Source: Paraspadella gotoi (Eukaryota > Animalia > Chaetognatha). Taken from it: a DNA stretch of 64,000 nt. Every line of letters starts with the position of its first letter. Positions within the stretch are counted from its first letter, which is position 1. Location of the stretch: NCBI GenBank assembly GCA_051294375.1, contig CM119268.1, positions 13,287,989-13,351,988 of the forward strand. The letters are read 5' to 3'. The notes under the pieces are model-generated. The model ran no database searches, was not told where the DNA came from, and saw nothing but the letters and a program-made list of their open reading frames with translations. A program made the translations under genes and the position numbers. Positions 40,267 through 53,730 of this stretch are shown in pieces.

Positions 40267-40534
40267 CTCTCTCCTCTTCTCTCCTTCTCTCTCTCTCTTC
40301 TCCTCTCGTCCACACATATGGTGTCAATAAAAATTCAACGTCAGATGCGGATGAAAAATCATTTCTTTTTTTCTTTTTTTTTTTTTGAAATTTGATTTCT
40401 TTTTTTTTTTAAATTCGAAATCGTGAGGAAATTAATCTTTTTCTTTGTTTTCTCTCTTTCTTTTTCTTTTTTCTTTTTTCTACTCCAAATATATTTTCCA
40501 ACGTTTTTTATTCGTTTTCATTTATCTAAAAGCT

Positions 40535-40566
40535 ATGGGTGGTCGCGGCTCGAATGAAGTAAAGAA
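40535..40566 (+). CDS. Candidate first coding exon MGGRGSNEVK(K)
   Basis: ATG at 40535 and perfect GTAAGT donor at 40567. Its phase 2 end matches the phase-2 acceptor of exon 51731. Confidence 0.5.
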
Positions 40567-42790
40567 GTAAGTCGACCCCGACTAAGAAGGAGAAGAAGAA
40601 GACGGAAGAAGAAATAAAAGGAGGAAAAGCAAAGAAAAAGCAGAAGAGCGAGAAACGAAAGGGTTTGAGGACGAGATATAGTATCTCCAGAAAAAATATG
40701 TTTTATCGGTCGTAATTTCCCCCGCGACGTTTCTTGACGTTTCGAGGGGCGGATCGTAAAAAAGTTTTTTTTTTTTTTTCCGTCACGCGGGGACGTCCAA
40801 AGAGATGAGAAGAAAAGACCGATTCATCGCCTAAGAATATTAAAATTATTACGCGCTCGGACCAAGCTGAGAAAATAATTAAAATTTATATTCATATGTT
40901 TCCTTTCAAATTCGGAAAGTTTATGTTTTTTTTCTTTTTTTAGGAAGAAGAAAAACGGGGGGGGGATTTCATAACTACTCATAACATTTGCGCATTCGTT
41001 TTTAAATTCTCCAAACATTAATTAATTTACGAATTCGCCACCAGCCCTTCATTTCAAACCGCTCCTTTCACTCGATATCCCAGCAGATCCCGACTCTATA
41101 ATCCCTTGGTCCGGATTTCGGGGGGTCCCGGTACCCCGGCCTATATCATTAGTCAAACATCTGAATTATTGATTTATTATGTTATTTGTATTTTTCTTTT
41201 CTGTTCGTTCTGTGATTTTTTTAGAACACAAAGTTTTTGGGAAATTAAAAGCGGTCTTGTTATATCTTCTTGTTCAAAAAACTTTGATATTCATTATGTA
41301 AAAAAAAATGATATTGCAATCAAAATTTATTTATCTATAGAATTAATATTATTCAATAAAATAAATTTATTTAAAATCTATTAAATCAATATTCAATCAA
41401 TAAATGAAATAAATCAATACTATCAAGGGGTCAATCGTCTATTCTGAAAACTTATGTTTCGTCCCCGCTATCGCGCGTCGTTGCTTTTTTCATGGTCAAG
41501 TGGAACCCGAAAAAAAAACCAAAAAACAAACATTGTCTCCAAGATCAAATTAATTAATCAATTAATTGCCTAATTGAAATAAATAACTACCGCCAATGAT
41601 CGCGGGGGCAGAATCCGAACATATGTTTGCTCGAAACTTTGCTCCAAAGATGAAACCTCCAAAGAAAGTGAGAGTTNNNNNNNNNNNNNNNNNNNNNNNN
41701 NNNNNNNNNNNNNNNNNNNNNNNNNNNNNNNNNNNNNNNNNNNNNNNNNNNNNNNNNNNNNNNNNNNNNNNNNNNNNNNNNNNNNNNNNNNNNNNNNNNN
41801 NNNNNNNNNNNNNNNNNNNNNNNNNNNNNNNNNNNNNNNNNNNNNNNNNNNNNNNNNNNNNNNNNNNNNNNNNNNNNNNNNNNNNNNNNNNNNNNNNNNN
41901 NNNNNNNNNNNNNNNNNNNNNTATTAAAAATAAAGATCATGTAACTTCGTGAGGACGACGCTAGGCTCACCTAAAACTTAGTCGAGCTTCATCTCGAAAA
42001 AAATTCGAATGTAATCGAAGAAACTTTTTCGTCTTCGTGAATGCGATGAGATGAAAAACAAAAATCAGGGATAAGTAGGTCAAGACATTCTCGATGGGAG
42101 AACGGGGCAAGAAGGAGCGAGTTGGCTTGCAGGGGGGAGGGAGAGGTTATCTGGCTTAGGAGGAGCGAAGTTTATATGAGGGTAACTGCTGTGAATTGAC
42201 AAGAAGACAATCATCGCTATTGTTCTAGGATGGTGCAGGGAGAATTTCGGTGATCCTGGGTGAAAAATGAATTTATTGTTGCGGAAGAAAACAAAGAAGA
42301 TTAAAAATATATAGGTGTTTAAAAAACGAGGACTTATACGAATGCAAATTATTAAGAGAGATTGCGGTCAAGTGGATGTACTAGATGTCGGTTGAAGAAT
42401 TTCGAAAAGTCACTGTGGGTTTGAGACTGGATACTGTCTTCTTTATTCATAGTGAACCGGATTTCGTGATAAAGATTTTCTGTTTGCGGTTAAGCGACCC
42501 AGATTTCTTTTTTGGGGGAGCGGTGATCTTTCTCTCTTTTTTTTTGTGAGGTTTAGCGAAAAAAAAGCGGTAACCTTTGTGATCGGCGTGATTCGAGTTT
42601 TTCTCGATCCTCACCCGAACCGCACTCGACGGTTGGGTGTGAATCGAGTCACGCAAACATCGTGACAGACGCCACAAGAAACAATAAAAACCCTAAAGAG
42701 TCATTCTGAACTTAGACAAGAAAAAAACGAAAAAACAAATACGGACGAAGAGAGAGAGAGAGAGAAGGAGAAAGAGGAGAGGAGAGAGAC

Positions 42791-42830
<40 letters not shown>

Positions 42831-43372
42831 GAGGAGAGAGAGAGAGAGAGAGCGATCATTTTATTGGCTTAGCGTAAGCATAGTTGCCAAAACTGTTTAT
42901 CTCTCAAGTTTATCAAAAGTCTAACGATTTATCACTCGTGAATGAGATACCAAAGCGGCTTGAAAACTTTTTTAATTTACATATAGTAATTATATTTTTT
43001 TAAACTAAAGATCTAAAAAAACTCGAATTTTGTTTGATAAGTGAGAGAGAGTGATAATTGAGAGATAGAGAGAGAGACAGAAAGAATGTCGTTTGACAAA
43101 TTTAATTTCATTTTACTTCATTAATATGAGTTCGTCTTGAACGCGTTTTATATTGAGCAAAAAATTTAAAAAAAAACATAATGTCTCTCATTAGAAATTC
43201 TGGATCCCGCAGAAAAAATATATAAATTAAATTAAGGCAGAATTTTTTTACAACCGATCGGCTGAAATCGATCGGCTCATCGAACGTTTGTGTCACAATT
43301 ATTTTACTATCGTTATAATTTATCGTTAGTAGTCTTTGGATTAATTGCCAGTCCGTACTGTGAAGTAGTATT

Positions 43373-43447
<75 letters not shown>

Positions 43448-44283
43448 ACAATGACTTTCGTCGATTAATGAAATTAGAAAAGAAGAATAGGAAAAAAAAA
43501 TTGACGCGTTGTCCTTTTGTTTTCGATGTCTCTTTTTTTATCGGGTCATCGACTGGGCGTGACGCTCGATTTAATCCGCCGAAAAATAACGGACGAGTTT
43601 CGGTGGGAAAAAAATCTTTACATTCCTGCGATCATTGAATGGATGAGTAGCCAAGTAAAAAGTGTCTCTCTTAGCTTGTGAAGGATAGTGAACGAGTTTC
43701 AATGACTTTTAACTAAACTAATTGGATGAAAAGTATTTCGGGTTTTTTGAATTCCGCATTTGAATAATCATTTGTAATACTTTTAATGTTTTACTTTCTT
43801 AACAGTGACCATTTCTTTCGCAATGTCCCTGTGACCAATTTGATATTCGTTGTTCCTCCGAGGTGTAGGAGATTAGTGCGGATTAAATGGCAAATAACAT
43901 TGACTATTGAGGACCCATATAGGACCAGGAACCTGTCTCGGGTCTTGCCAATGGTCCCGTTGACGGGTCTTATTGTATGAAGACAACAATGAAAACTATA
44001 AAAAAATACATTTAGAGGTTATATTAAGAAAGCCATAGGGAAGTAAAATCGATAGGAAGTTTATCGTTAAAAGTTGAAACGGTGAGACAATTTTTACAGT
44101 TAAATGGTGAAGCGTGAAAACCCAACAGGAAAAGTAAGAGCAATTTCAAAGACCACATGTTAGCCAAGATAATGTAGGAGGAAATGAGTAATCTTAATCT
44201 CATACAGGTTTCATGCTATTTGGGATTCTTTGTTTCAACTTTCAACATCAAGATTCTTTTTTTCTAACCTTTCATTCTTTATT

Positions 44284-44375
<92 letters not shown>

Positions 44376-44426
44376 TCCTTCCTGTTTTCTCTTTTTTCTT
44401 TCTCTTTTTTCAACTTTCTTTATCAG

Positions 44427-44442
44427 GTGCTCAGGGGTACAA
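44427..44442 (+). CDS. Candidate 16-nt microexon ((G)AQGY(K))
   Basis: Long pyrimidine tract then TATCAG acceptor and AA/GTGAGC donor. Phase-2 end also fits exon 51731. Confidence 0.4.
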
Positions 44443-44509
44443 GTGAGCTTTCGAATTCGTGTTGAAGCTGAAAATCAACTCGAGAAAAAAAAAGTTTTCG
44501 GGGGAGAAA

Positions 44510-44541
<32 letters not shown>

Positions 44542-44702
44542 GCATCCCTTGTAAAAACAAGTAATTCCTCACCTCTTTCTCGCTTCGTGTTTTGCCAAAA
44601 TTTCTTCTCATTCTCCCTTCACTATTACTCTTTTCTCACCCGTGGCGATGAACGACGACCCCGGTTCGTCTTTTACTNNNNNNNNNNNNNNNNNNNNNNN
44701 NN

Positions 44703-47700
44703 ATCTTGAGTCCGACTCAGATTATAATTTGAGTCTTTTTATTTCCGAATTTTAAGTCTCACCCATTTTTCGCCGCAGGAATTTCAAATAGCTGGCGTTG
44801 GAGTCGTGTCTCGTGTCCTTTTCCTCGTGTACTTCATTTTGCTCTCTTGCTACTCCGTCCCTCTTGTGCAATCACTGACGATGAGCGGGATGATTTGGTG
44901 GGTAAATAGAAGTGGGTATGGTAGGGGTTTGGCGGGGGAAACTCGATAGAATTTGAACGAAAAATCACATTGCGGGCAGAATGATGGCCGCCTTATTTAG
45001 TGCGTTTGAAAATTTTAAGCGTCATGTCGTCAACAAAGTCTGAGGCAGATTTGATTCGTGAATGATTTTTAGAGAGAAAGGAAGACAGAATGACCCCGAG
45101 ACGAACTCGGAGAGAGGAAGACAAGGGGGACTGAATCCGAAAGAGAGCCAAGAAGGAAAAGAGAAAGGAAGGAGAAAAGGGACGAGGGCAATGAGAGAGA
45201 GGCGAAACAAAAAAAGAGAAAGAGAAGAGCAAAGAGATACGTATCATAAAGATGACATACAATACACATCAATTTACAGAAAGGACGCCCAGAGAAGCCA
45301 CCCCCAAAATAGGGCAATTCAAGTAAGCCAAAGAAAAGATGAGAGACAGAAAGGATAACAGCCAAAAAAGAGAGACAGAGAAGGCTGAAGTAGGAAGGAG
45401 AAGCACAAACAAGATAAATTGTGTAAAACTAGAAAAACAAAACAAGAATCAATATAGGGCAAACATTCATCATTTGAGCGTACTATACACCCAGAGGCGT
45501 ATAAATCAATGACCTCAAATATAAATTACTGTAGAGACAAGTCAGTTATAAATAAAAGCCAAATTGAAGAATTTTACAGTCAAAATTTTTAAGACGGCCA
45601 AAATTCCGGGCACATATTTCAGGAGCCTAATAAGACATATATCTGACGGCCTTCACGTTCGAAATTTAACCCGAGTGCTAAAGCGAACAGTAATGGGAAA
45701 ACAATTATTCCTGGCGGCGAAAAAATGATGCGCCAAATTTCTTAACTATTGGCTTTCTATTGAGGTTCTAAATAGACCGATCAGTTGACCCCTACGGCGC
45801 GGCCCCTACACCAATCACTCACTGCATGACTGCGTCCCTCCTTCACACTCATCTCTTCTTTCTCCTATAACCACTTTCTTTAGCAAATAAAATCGAGTCG
45901 GGGGGAAAAGCACTAAAATACGAGATCTTCGCTCCCCGCTAGAGATAATCACTGTTGACGAATAAAAAAAAAAAAAAGTAGTAGAACGCTCTCGTCTCTC
46001 TATAGACCACATGTGCGAAGAAAAACAAAATGGGCCTCTAGGGAGAAGAAATTTTTGTAAGGTTTTTAACAACGTAATTATTAATTATTAAAAAGCTAGT
46101 TCTTACTCAGAGGGATGATTCCGAAAATTTATTCGAATCAGATATTCCGAGTTAGGATATATCAAACTAGAATCCCTAAAAGAAAAAATTTTCGGTTAAA
46201 CGGCATGTACTGTTTTTTTTCCTAGTTACTAAGCTTATTCTTATTAAATACATTCCAAGACAAAGAAATAAATGACTTAGAACTTCCTCAAATAGAGAGG
46301 CGTTCTTCAATAACTGGTCCCGAAAAGTGTTCCCCGTCCTTCATCGAAAGCGAAAAACTCAGGATCGCGGATCGAGATAAGCATAAATTAAGGCAGGAAC
46401 GAGATTCCAAAGGTAAAGTCGTCGTCGTATCGTCGTCGTCTTCGTCGTCGTCGCCATCCATCGCTTCGTCGTTCATCGTCGTCGGCGTCCTTTTCGAGTG
46501 AGGTCGTGCGTTTGTCGTCCTTGCCTAATCGTCGTCATCTTCGCGTCGGTCGTAAAAAGTAAATTTTGCGAATACGAATAATCGAAATCCCGGATTTTTT
46601 TTGTTCAAAAAAACTAGAATGAAAAAGAATTAAGCACGTAGTTAAAATAAGCTGAGAAGGTAGCGTAGTTGTCGTCGGTGCGTCGTCGTCGTCAGTTTCC
46701 TCGAGAACAGACAGGTGGAGAACCGCAAGAGCGATCGCAATTAAATATGCTTGTCATGTCAAAGTTGAAAATAGTTGTTTGTCAAACGATTTTTGGTTAA
46801 ATTCTTTAATATCTTTTCTCCTCTGTCTCCGATCTTGATCCACAACTTTTGCCTCCCGTGAAATGTTTGTAATTGTTTACTGCCGCCTGATAAACAGAGA
46901 GATAATCGATCGTAATGAGATAGCTCTACCGCGACTTACAAGGTTGGGTCCGGTGTGTGTATCCAATACAGTCTCTCTGCTCATATCTTCTCTGATCCTC
47001 CTGCGTCATACTTGCTCTATTACTCTCTCTCTCTTCTATACATGACCTTTGCATAGCTGCGGGAATAGAGAGAGGATACACTTCCCATGCTCTCTACTGA
47101 CTACTCTCCTGATCTTCTCCCTAGGCTCGCAGATCTCTGCTCGCACTAGTTCCTCGCCCCATGCCGCGGAGTCCTCCTTCTCTACTTTCTAGTCTGTCTC
47201 GTCTCGGCATACAACACATCCAAACATTTTTTCAACGAATATTGAAGGTTTCAGTAAACATTCGGGCGGGCATCTGATTGACCTTCCAGTGTTAAGCAGC
47301 GGTGTGTCGTTTACCAACGAATATTTTTATATATGAGTACCTCTCCTACCGTCCGACTGGGGGGTATGTAGTTTTCTTAGTTTATATGTCTGTAAACGAC
47401 ACCCTGGGGGCTCCTGAATGGCAAGCCTGCAAAGGTCAAAACAGATGCCCCCGCCGCCGGCCGCCCCCGCCCCCCCCGAATTCTGATGTTTTACTCATCC
47501 TCCAGTCCAGGTCGACAAAATGAACTTGGTGTGTGTGTGAGAGACGAGACGGAGCGAGAGAGATGAAAGCGGAGAGAGGGACGAGAGGAGGTTCTCACGT
47601 CCTCTCTCTCTCACACACACAAAGTTCGAGTATGTCGAGTATTTTTTTTCCTGGCCAAAGATGAAGAGGGGGAGAGGTGTATTAAAGCGGAAAGTTTTTG

Positions 47701-49994
47701 TTGGTTGTAAACAAATCGGCGGAGCAAGGAGGGCGAGCGGGCAGGCAAGGCTGGGGCAGCACAGGAGGGCAGGGCGGGGGAGGGAAGGGCGCGGCATCGA
47801 CTAGATTTGACCTTTGTGGTCCATGTAAAGCAGGTTGTCGTTTACCAACGAAATACTTTATTTGACCGACCTCTCTCTGTCTCTATCTCTCTCTTTCCCC
47901 TTGCCAGGCACGCAAGGAGCATTCTTGACGTCGGACTTAACCCCTTCAATTCTCCTTGCAGCGACACAAATTTTTCAGGGATCAAAACAAAACTCGCACC
48001 TTATGCTAATGAGATTTAGAGAGATAAGGCAAAACCAGAAGGGGAAAGACGACGCCGAAAAACGTAATTTGCACTTAATATATAGAAGAAATTTTTTTTT
48101 CCTCTGGGCACAGAGACAGAGAGAGCAGAGAGAGACGAAGACGGCGGCACAGAGAGGAGAGAATGATAGAGATAGAGAGACGAGAAGGATGACGAGAGTG
48201 AGACGAAGGTTGGCCCCCTTAGGTCACGTATCGTTAGCCCAAGCAAGGCCAAAATTAATTGGCCTTCTTTCCCAGATAACTTGTTCCCATTACTTTACAC
48301 GTCTGGTAAAATTGTCGAACGAAGCTCACGTCATATATGTCTTTGTAGAACTCCTGAAAAATCAAGGTCTGTTGCCCGAAATTCTTTTTTGGTCCGTCTT
48401 AAAAAATTTTTGACTTGTAAATATTCTTCAATTGCTTTTTATTTCTTTTGGTCTCCAAGTAATCTATTTGTCCATATTTATTTCGCCTCTGTGGTAGATC
48501 AGAATTGCAATGATATATTTGTGTTTCTATATTGTTTTTTTTCAGTGTTTTACATATTTGTACACCTCTTCTTTTCTCATCTTACTTTCTATTCCTTATG
48601 TCTTCTCTTTCTTATCTTTCTTTTTTTCCATTCTTTCTTCTCTCCGGCTTGGATCATCGCTCCCGTCTTTCTCCATCGGGATGTCCACTAGAAAAACGCG
48701 CCCACTGTGACGATTGAACAATCGCTTTAATTTTCAGCCAAAAATGAGTGAGGAAAAAGGAAATTAAGCAAACTTTGAAAGACGAATAGAAACATAAGAG
48801 ATAAAAAAGAAAGAAAGAGAAAGAAAAGAAAGAGACAAGAAAAAAAGAAGAAAAGAATAGAAAAAGAAAAAAAAAAAGAGACAAGAAGAGAACGCCGAGC
48901 AAACCACACAACAAAAAAATTAATCCCACTTTCGATACAATAACATCGAAGCGGTGCTACGAAATCGAGAATAAACAGACAAATGAGATAAAGAATATCG
49001 AGAAAAGGAGATAAAGAAGAATAATAGTACGATACCAGACATATAAGGAAAAAGAAAAAGAGCGACAGCGAAGTCAGAACTGAGGACCGAAGACCCAAAC
49101 CCCGAAAAACAAAAAAGAAAAGAAAGAAAGAAAGAAGGAAAGAAAGAAAGAAATAAACAAAAAGACTAGCCAGAAACATAGAAATTTACCATTAAGGGAA
49201 ACATTGAAAATATACATTAAAAAAGTAGAAAGAGAAATATGAAGATGAGAAAAAAAGTGTTTGAAAAGAGATCGACTTCATAAATGTTTAAAAACTTTGT
49301 AGAGCCCTGGGGAAAAAGGTGATGACGGGAGATTGAAATAAACAGAAAGAAGAAAGAAAAAGAAAAAAAGAAAAGAGAAGAAAAAAGAAAGAGAAGCAAA
49401 AGAAAAGAAAGAAAGAAAGAAAGAAAGCAAAAGAAAGGGTGTTAAGTAGAGAAAGAGCAACGGTGCTCGGTGTTCTTTCTTTCTTTATTTCTTTCTCTTT
49501 CAAAGTTTTATTTTCCTTTTTCCTCCTCATTTTTGCTGAAAATTAAGCGTCATCGTCACAGTGGGCGTTTTCTAGGTGAAGACATCCCGCATGGAGAAGA
49601 CGGGAGGATGATCCAAACCGAAAGAAAGAAAGAAGGAAAAAAAAGAAAGAAAGAAAGACATAAGGAAAAGAAAGAAAGATAAAAAGAGAGTGATAAAAAA
49701 TGGTAAACATGAAAAAAAAATAAGAAAACAAATTATCATTGCAATTACTACCCAGAGGCGAAATAAATAATGACAAAAATTACTTGAGACAAAAAATAAA
49801 AGCAATTGAAGAATTTTACAGTCAAAAATTTTTAAGACGGCCAAAAATTCGGGCACATATTTCAGGGAGCCTAAAAGACATATATGACGCCTTCGTTCGA
49901 ATTTTACCGAGTGTAAAGTAATGGAAAACAATTATCTGGGAAAAAGGCCAATTAATTTGGCCTTTCTTGGCTAACGATAGTGACCTAGGGGCCA

Positions 49995-50066
<72 letters not shown>

Positions 50067-51525
50067 TCTCTGCCCCAGAGGAAAAAAAAATTCTTCTATA
50101 TATTAATGCAAATTACGTTCTTTCGGCCGTCGTCTTCCTTCTGGTTTTGCCTATCTCTCTAAATCTCATTAGCATATGCGAGTTTTGATCCCTAAAAATT
50201 TGTGTCGCTGCAAGGAGATTGAAGGGGTTAAGTCGACGGTCAAGAATCTCTTGCGTGCCTGGCAAGGGGAAAGAGAGAGATAGAGACAGAGAGAGTCGGT
50301 CAAATAAAGTATTCGTTGGTAAACGACACCTGCTAATGGAAGGTCAAATCAGATGCCGCCGATGTTTNNNNNNNNNNCAACGGGACCACCTGTAAGTCGG
50401 CGGTAGAGCTTCTCATTACCGATCGATTATCTCTCGTTTATCAGCGGCAGAAAATACAAAATCGGGGCTCGATCGAGACAGAGAAAAATATTAAAGAATT
50501 CCAAAATCGTGACAACAACTATTTCAACTTTGACATCGCATATTTAATTCGCTCTTCGGTTCTCCACCTGTCTGTCTCGGGAAACGACGACGACGACGCC
50601 GACAACGACGACGACTACGTCATTCCACTTATTTAATCACGTGCTTAATTCTTTTCATTCTAGTTTTTTTGACAAAAAAAAATCGTCGATTTGTTATTCC
50701 AAAAATTACTTTTTACGACGACGCCGAAGATGACGACGATGGCAAGGACGACAAAGACGACCTCACCGAAAAGGACGCCGACGACGATGACGACGAAGAC
50801 GATGACGACGACGACGAAGACGACGACGATGACGACGACGACTTTACCTTTGGAATCTCGTTCCTCCTTAATTTATGCTTATCTCGATCGCGATCCTGAG
50901 TTTTCGCTTCGATGAAGGACGGGGAACATTTTTCGGGACCAGTTATTGAAGAACGCCTTCTATTAGAAGTTCTAATCATTTATTTCTTTGTCTGGAATGA
51001 TTAATTAAGAATAAGTTAGTCTAAAAAAAAAACAGTACATGCGTTTAACCGAAATTTTTTCTTTTAGGGATTCTAGTTTTGAAATCCTACTCGGAAATCT
51101 GATTCCGAATAATTTTCGAATCATCCCTCGAGTAAAATAGCTTTTAATAATTAATAATTACGTTGTAAAAACTACAAAAATTCTTTCTCTTCCTCGCACC
51201 CATTGGCTTTGACGGCGTTCTACTACTTTTTTTTTTTTTTTATTCTCAAACATTGATTATCTCTAGCGGGTGACGAAGATACTCGTTTTTAGTCGCTTTT
51301 CCCCCCCGACTCATTTTATTTCTAAAAGTGGTAGGAATGTTGAGGGAGCGCTCTCTGATGATTGTGAGGCGGGACGTGCCAAATTTGGACATGAATCGTC
51401 AGTAATAACGACTAAAGACTAAGGAGTTATCTGTTTGCTGTTTTCATTTTTACGTTATTGTAATGCCATTTTGGGGGGTGGTTTCTGGGGCGTTTTTTGA
51501 TTGAATGTGTATTTATGTCAATTTA

Positions 51526-51611
<86 letters not shown>

Positions 51612-51860
51612 GTTAACTAATTTTCCCATTGGCGCCTCAATTCTGACCCATTTTTTTCTTCAATTTTCGAATTCCCCCCCCAAACCCCTCCCTACCCCCT
51701 TCTTCCACCCTCACCCCCCGCTTCCTTCAGGGACGCGCTGAGGGACGGAGTCAAAGGAGCAAAAAGCCCGGGAAACACGCCGCTCCAACCCAGCTTTGAA
51801 TTCTCGGGAAAAATGGGTGAGAACTTTAATTCGGTAAAAACTCAATTTTGTGTCGCTCAT
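44703..51860. repeat. Large inverted duplication: noisy arm 44703-~48880 vs cleaner arm ~49470-51860
   Basis: 44745-44990 mirrors 51630-51835, 46260-46800 mirrors 50490-51000, and 48250-48760 mirrors 49515-49965. 45480-45710 is a third copy of 49740-49940 in direct orientation. The noisy arm begins at a 25-N gap (44678-44702). Confidence 0.92.
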
Positions 51861-53432
51861 TGAATATTTTCGAAACGAGTTTTAACGAGTGAAAACGGGT
51901 AATGCATTAATCGTAATAAGGGGTGGCCGAAAAAGAAACCCAAAAATTATTTCTTTAATTCTTTTTGTCTGAAACATTTCTTTGATTCTTATCGGTTTAG
52001 GTTTTTTTTTCTTCTCTCAAAATTAATATTTTAAACAGTTAATTAATAATGGGCTAGTTAGAGATGACCAGGATTAAACGTTAGTCAATACACAAAGAGC
52101 CGATGACAGCACCAATGACGAAAGAGTCGACCGCAACGACTTCAATCCCCCCCGGCTGTAACTCAATACCGAATATGCAATTCCATCCGGGAGAGCAGCG
52201 AATACGGATCCTCGGTATTTAATTCTTCTTCTCTCCGTCATCGCCTGTAATAACCGCGGCCCGTTTTTCTCGGCCAATCGGGATTTCTTCGGCCGGTTAT
52301 GCATTTCCGCTTCCAGTCTTTCGCGAGGGAAGGTCGTCGTCGTCGTCGTCGTCGTTCCGATGAGTTCCAGAAAAAAAGTATCAAATGTCGTGTTGTTCGA
52401 TGAAATGTTGTAGAAAGGGAATTGGATTGTCTTTCCTGTTCTCGTCGAGCTGCTCCTCAATCTTACTTTTTTTTTTCACACCGAATCATCTTTCCTTGCG
52501 TCATCTCTTCTCACGCTTTTCGTCAGTTTAGCCTTCACATACTTTCTTGAGAATTTCCGATTTCCTTCGGAATATTCTTATCAAATAGTTGATATTAGTT
52601 GGTATTACATCCGAAAGTTGTAACATACAAAGTGGATTGGGGTTGTCCCATTTGAGGTACTCCCATATAGTACTCCCATTTTTTCATTGTATTTTCTACT
52701 TCCCACAAAATCTCTTAAAATTTTTTTTTTTTATTAAATGCTTAATAAACCTTAATAAGTAAGAGCGACGTTCCCTTTCTCTTAAAAGCTTTATCCTTTA
52801 GTCCACGACTCATATATTTACCTTTATTCACATCCCTGGGTCCGCCTGTGAAACGAATGAATCACTGCTTCGACCGCACCTGTCTCTGGTTCGCAGCCAG
52901 AATGCTATCGCCTCTGTCTCTTGAGAAAGCCGGGGGGCTTAGAGCAGGGGAGCTTAGAGGAGGGAGAGGGGCGAAGACTATTAAAGGGGGGCGGGGGGCG
53001 GGGGGTTACTAAAGGAATGCCGTCGCCCCGCAGTCAAAGGATAATCGACTTTTAGCTTTCCTTCTCGTTTATCAATCGAGATAACATTCGAGACGCCATG
53101 CGGTGATGCCGATGCGCCGCGAGGATTTTTATTTTCATGCCCTAATTTTATTTCGAAAGATAGTAAGGGAACGAATGATATTTTTTTAAAAATCTTAAAT
53201 CGGTTAACAATGTTTTTACAGATCAATTTGCTATTGAGATATTAGATCTCTCTTAAAACCCGATAAACAACTGTTTAAAATATATAAACTATTGTAACTG
53301 CACGATTAGCGTTCCTTTCTGTTGATCCCAATCTTTGCCTTTTGCCTTTTCACCTCCCCTACGCCCTCATACCCTCTTTCTTTCTCTCATTAAACGAGAC
53401 GTTAAAACCCTTTTTCATTCGATTATTATGAC

Positions 53433-53515
<83 letters not shown>

Positions 53516-53730
53516 CTCTTCTCTTCTCACTCTCTCTCTCTCTCTCTTTTTTTCTCTCTCTCTTCTCTCGCGCTTTAAAAACAATCGCTTGTTTTTTCAC
53601 AAAACACTTTTTCTTTCCTTTTTTTCAGGTCTGGGTCCTTCGGCTCAACCCTTCCGGGAGGAGAACGCCGCCGCCGCCGCGGCAGCAGCCAGGCGGCAGA
53701 GTCACGCCTCGGCTGCTGCAGCTGCCGCAG
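51731..53730 (+). CDS. Exons 51731-51816 and 53629-53730 (the latter may read through to a stop at 53783)
   Basis: CCTTCAG/(K)DALRDGVKGAKSPGNTPLQPSFEFSGKM/GTGAGA (phase 2>1) joins TTTTTCAG/GLGPSAQPFREENAAAAAAAARRQSHASAAAAAA/GTACAT (phase 1). Confidence 0.75.

Noticed and set aside
41587-41970. ORFs spanning N gaps (also 60201-60599, 61402-61960, 62342-62816)
   Set aside because: Open only because N codons contain no stops.
50669-50899. Poly-Asp ORF
   Set aside because: A (GAC/GAT)n microsatellite with no convincing flanking splice sites fitting the exon chain.
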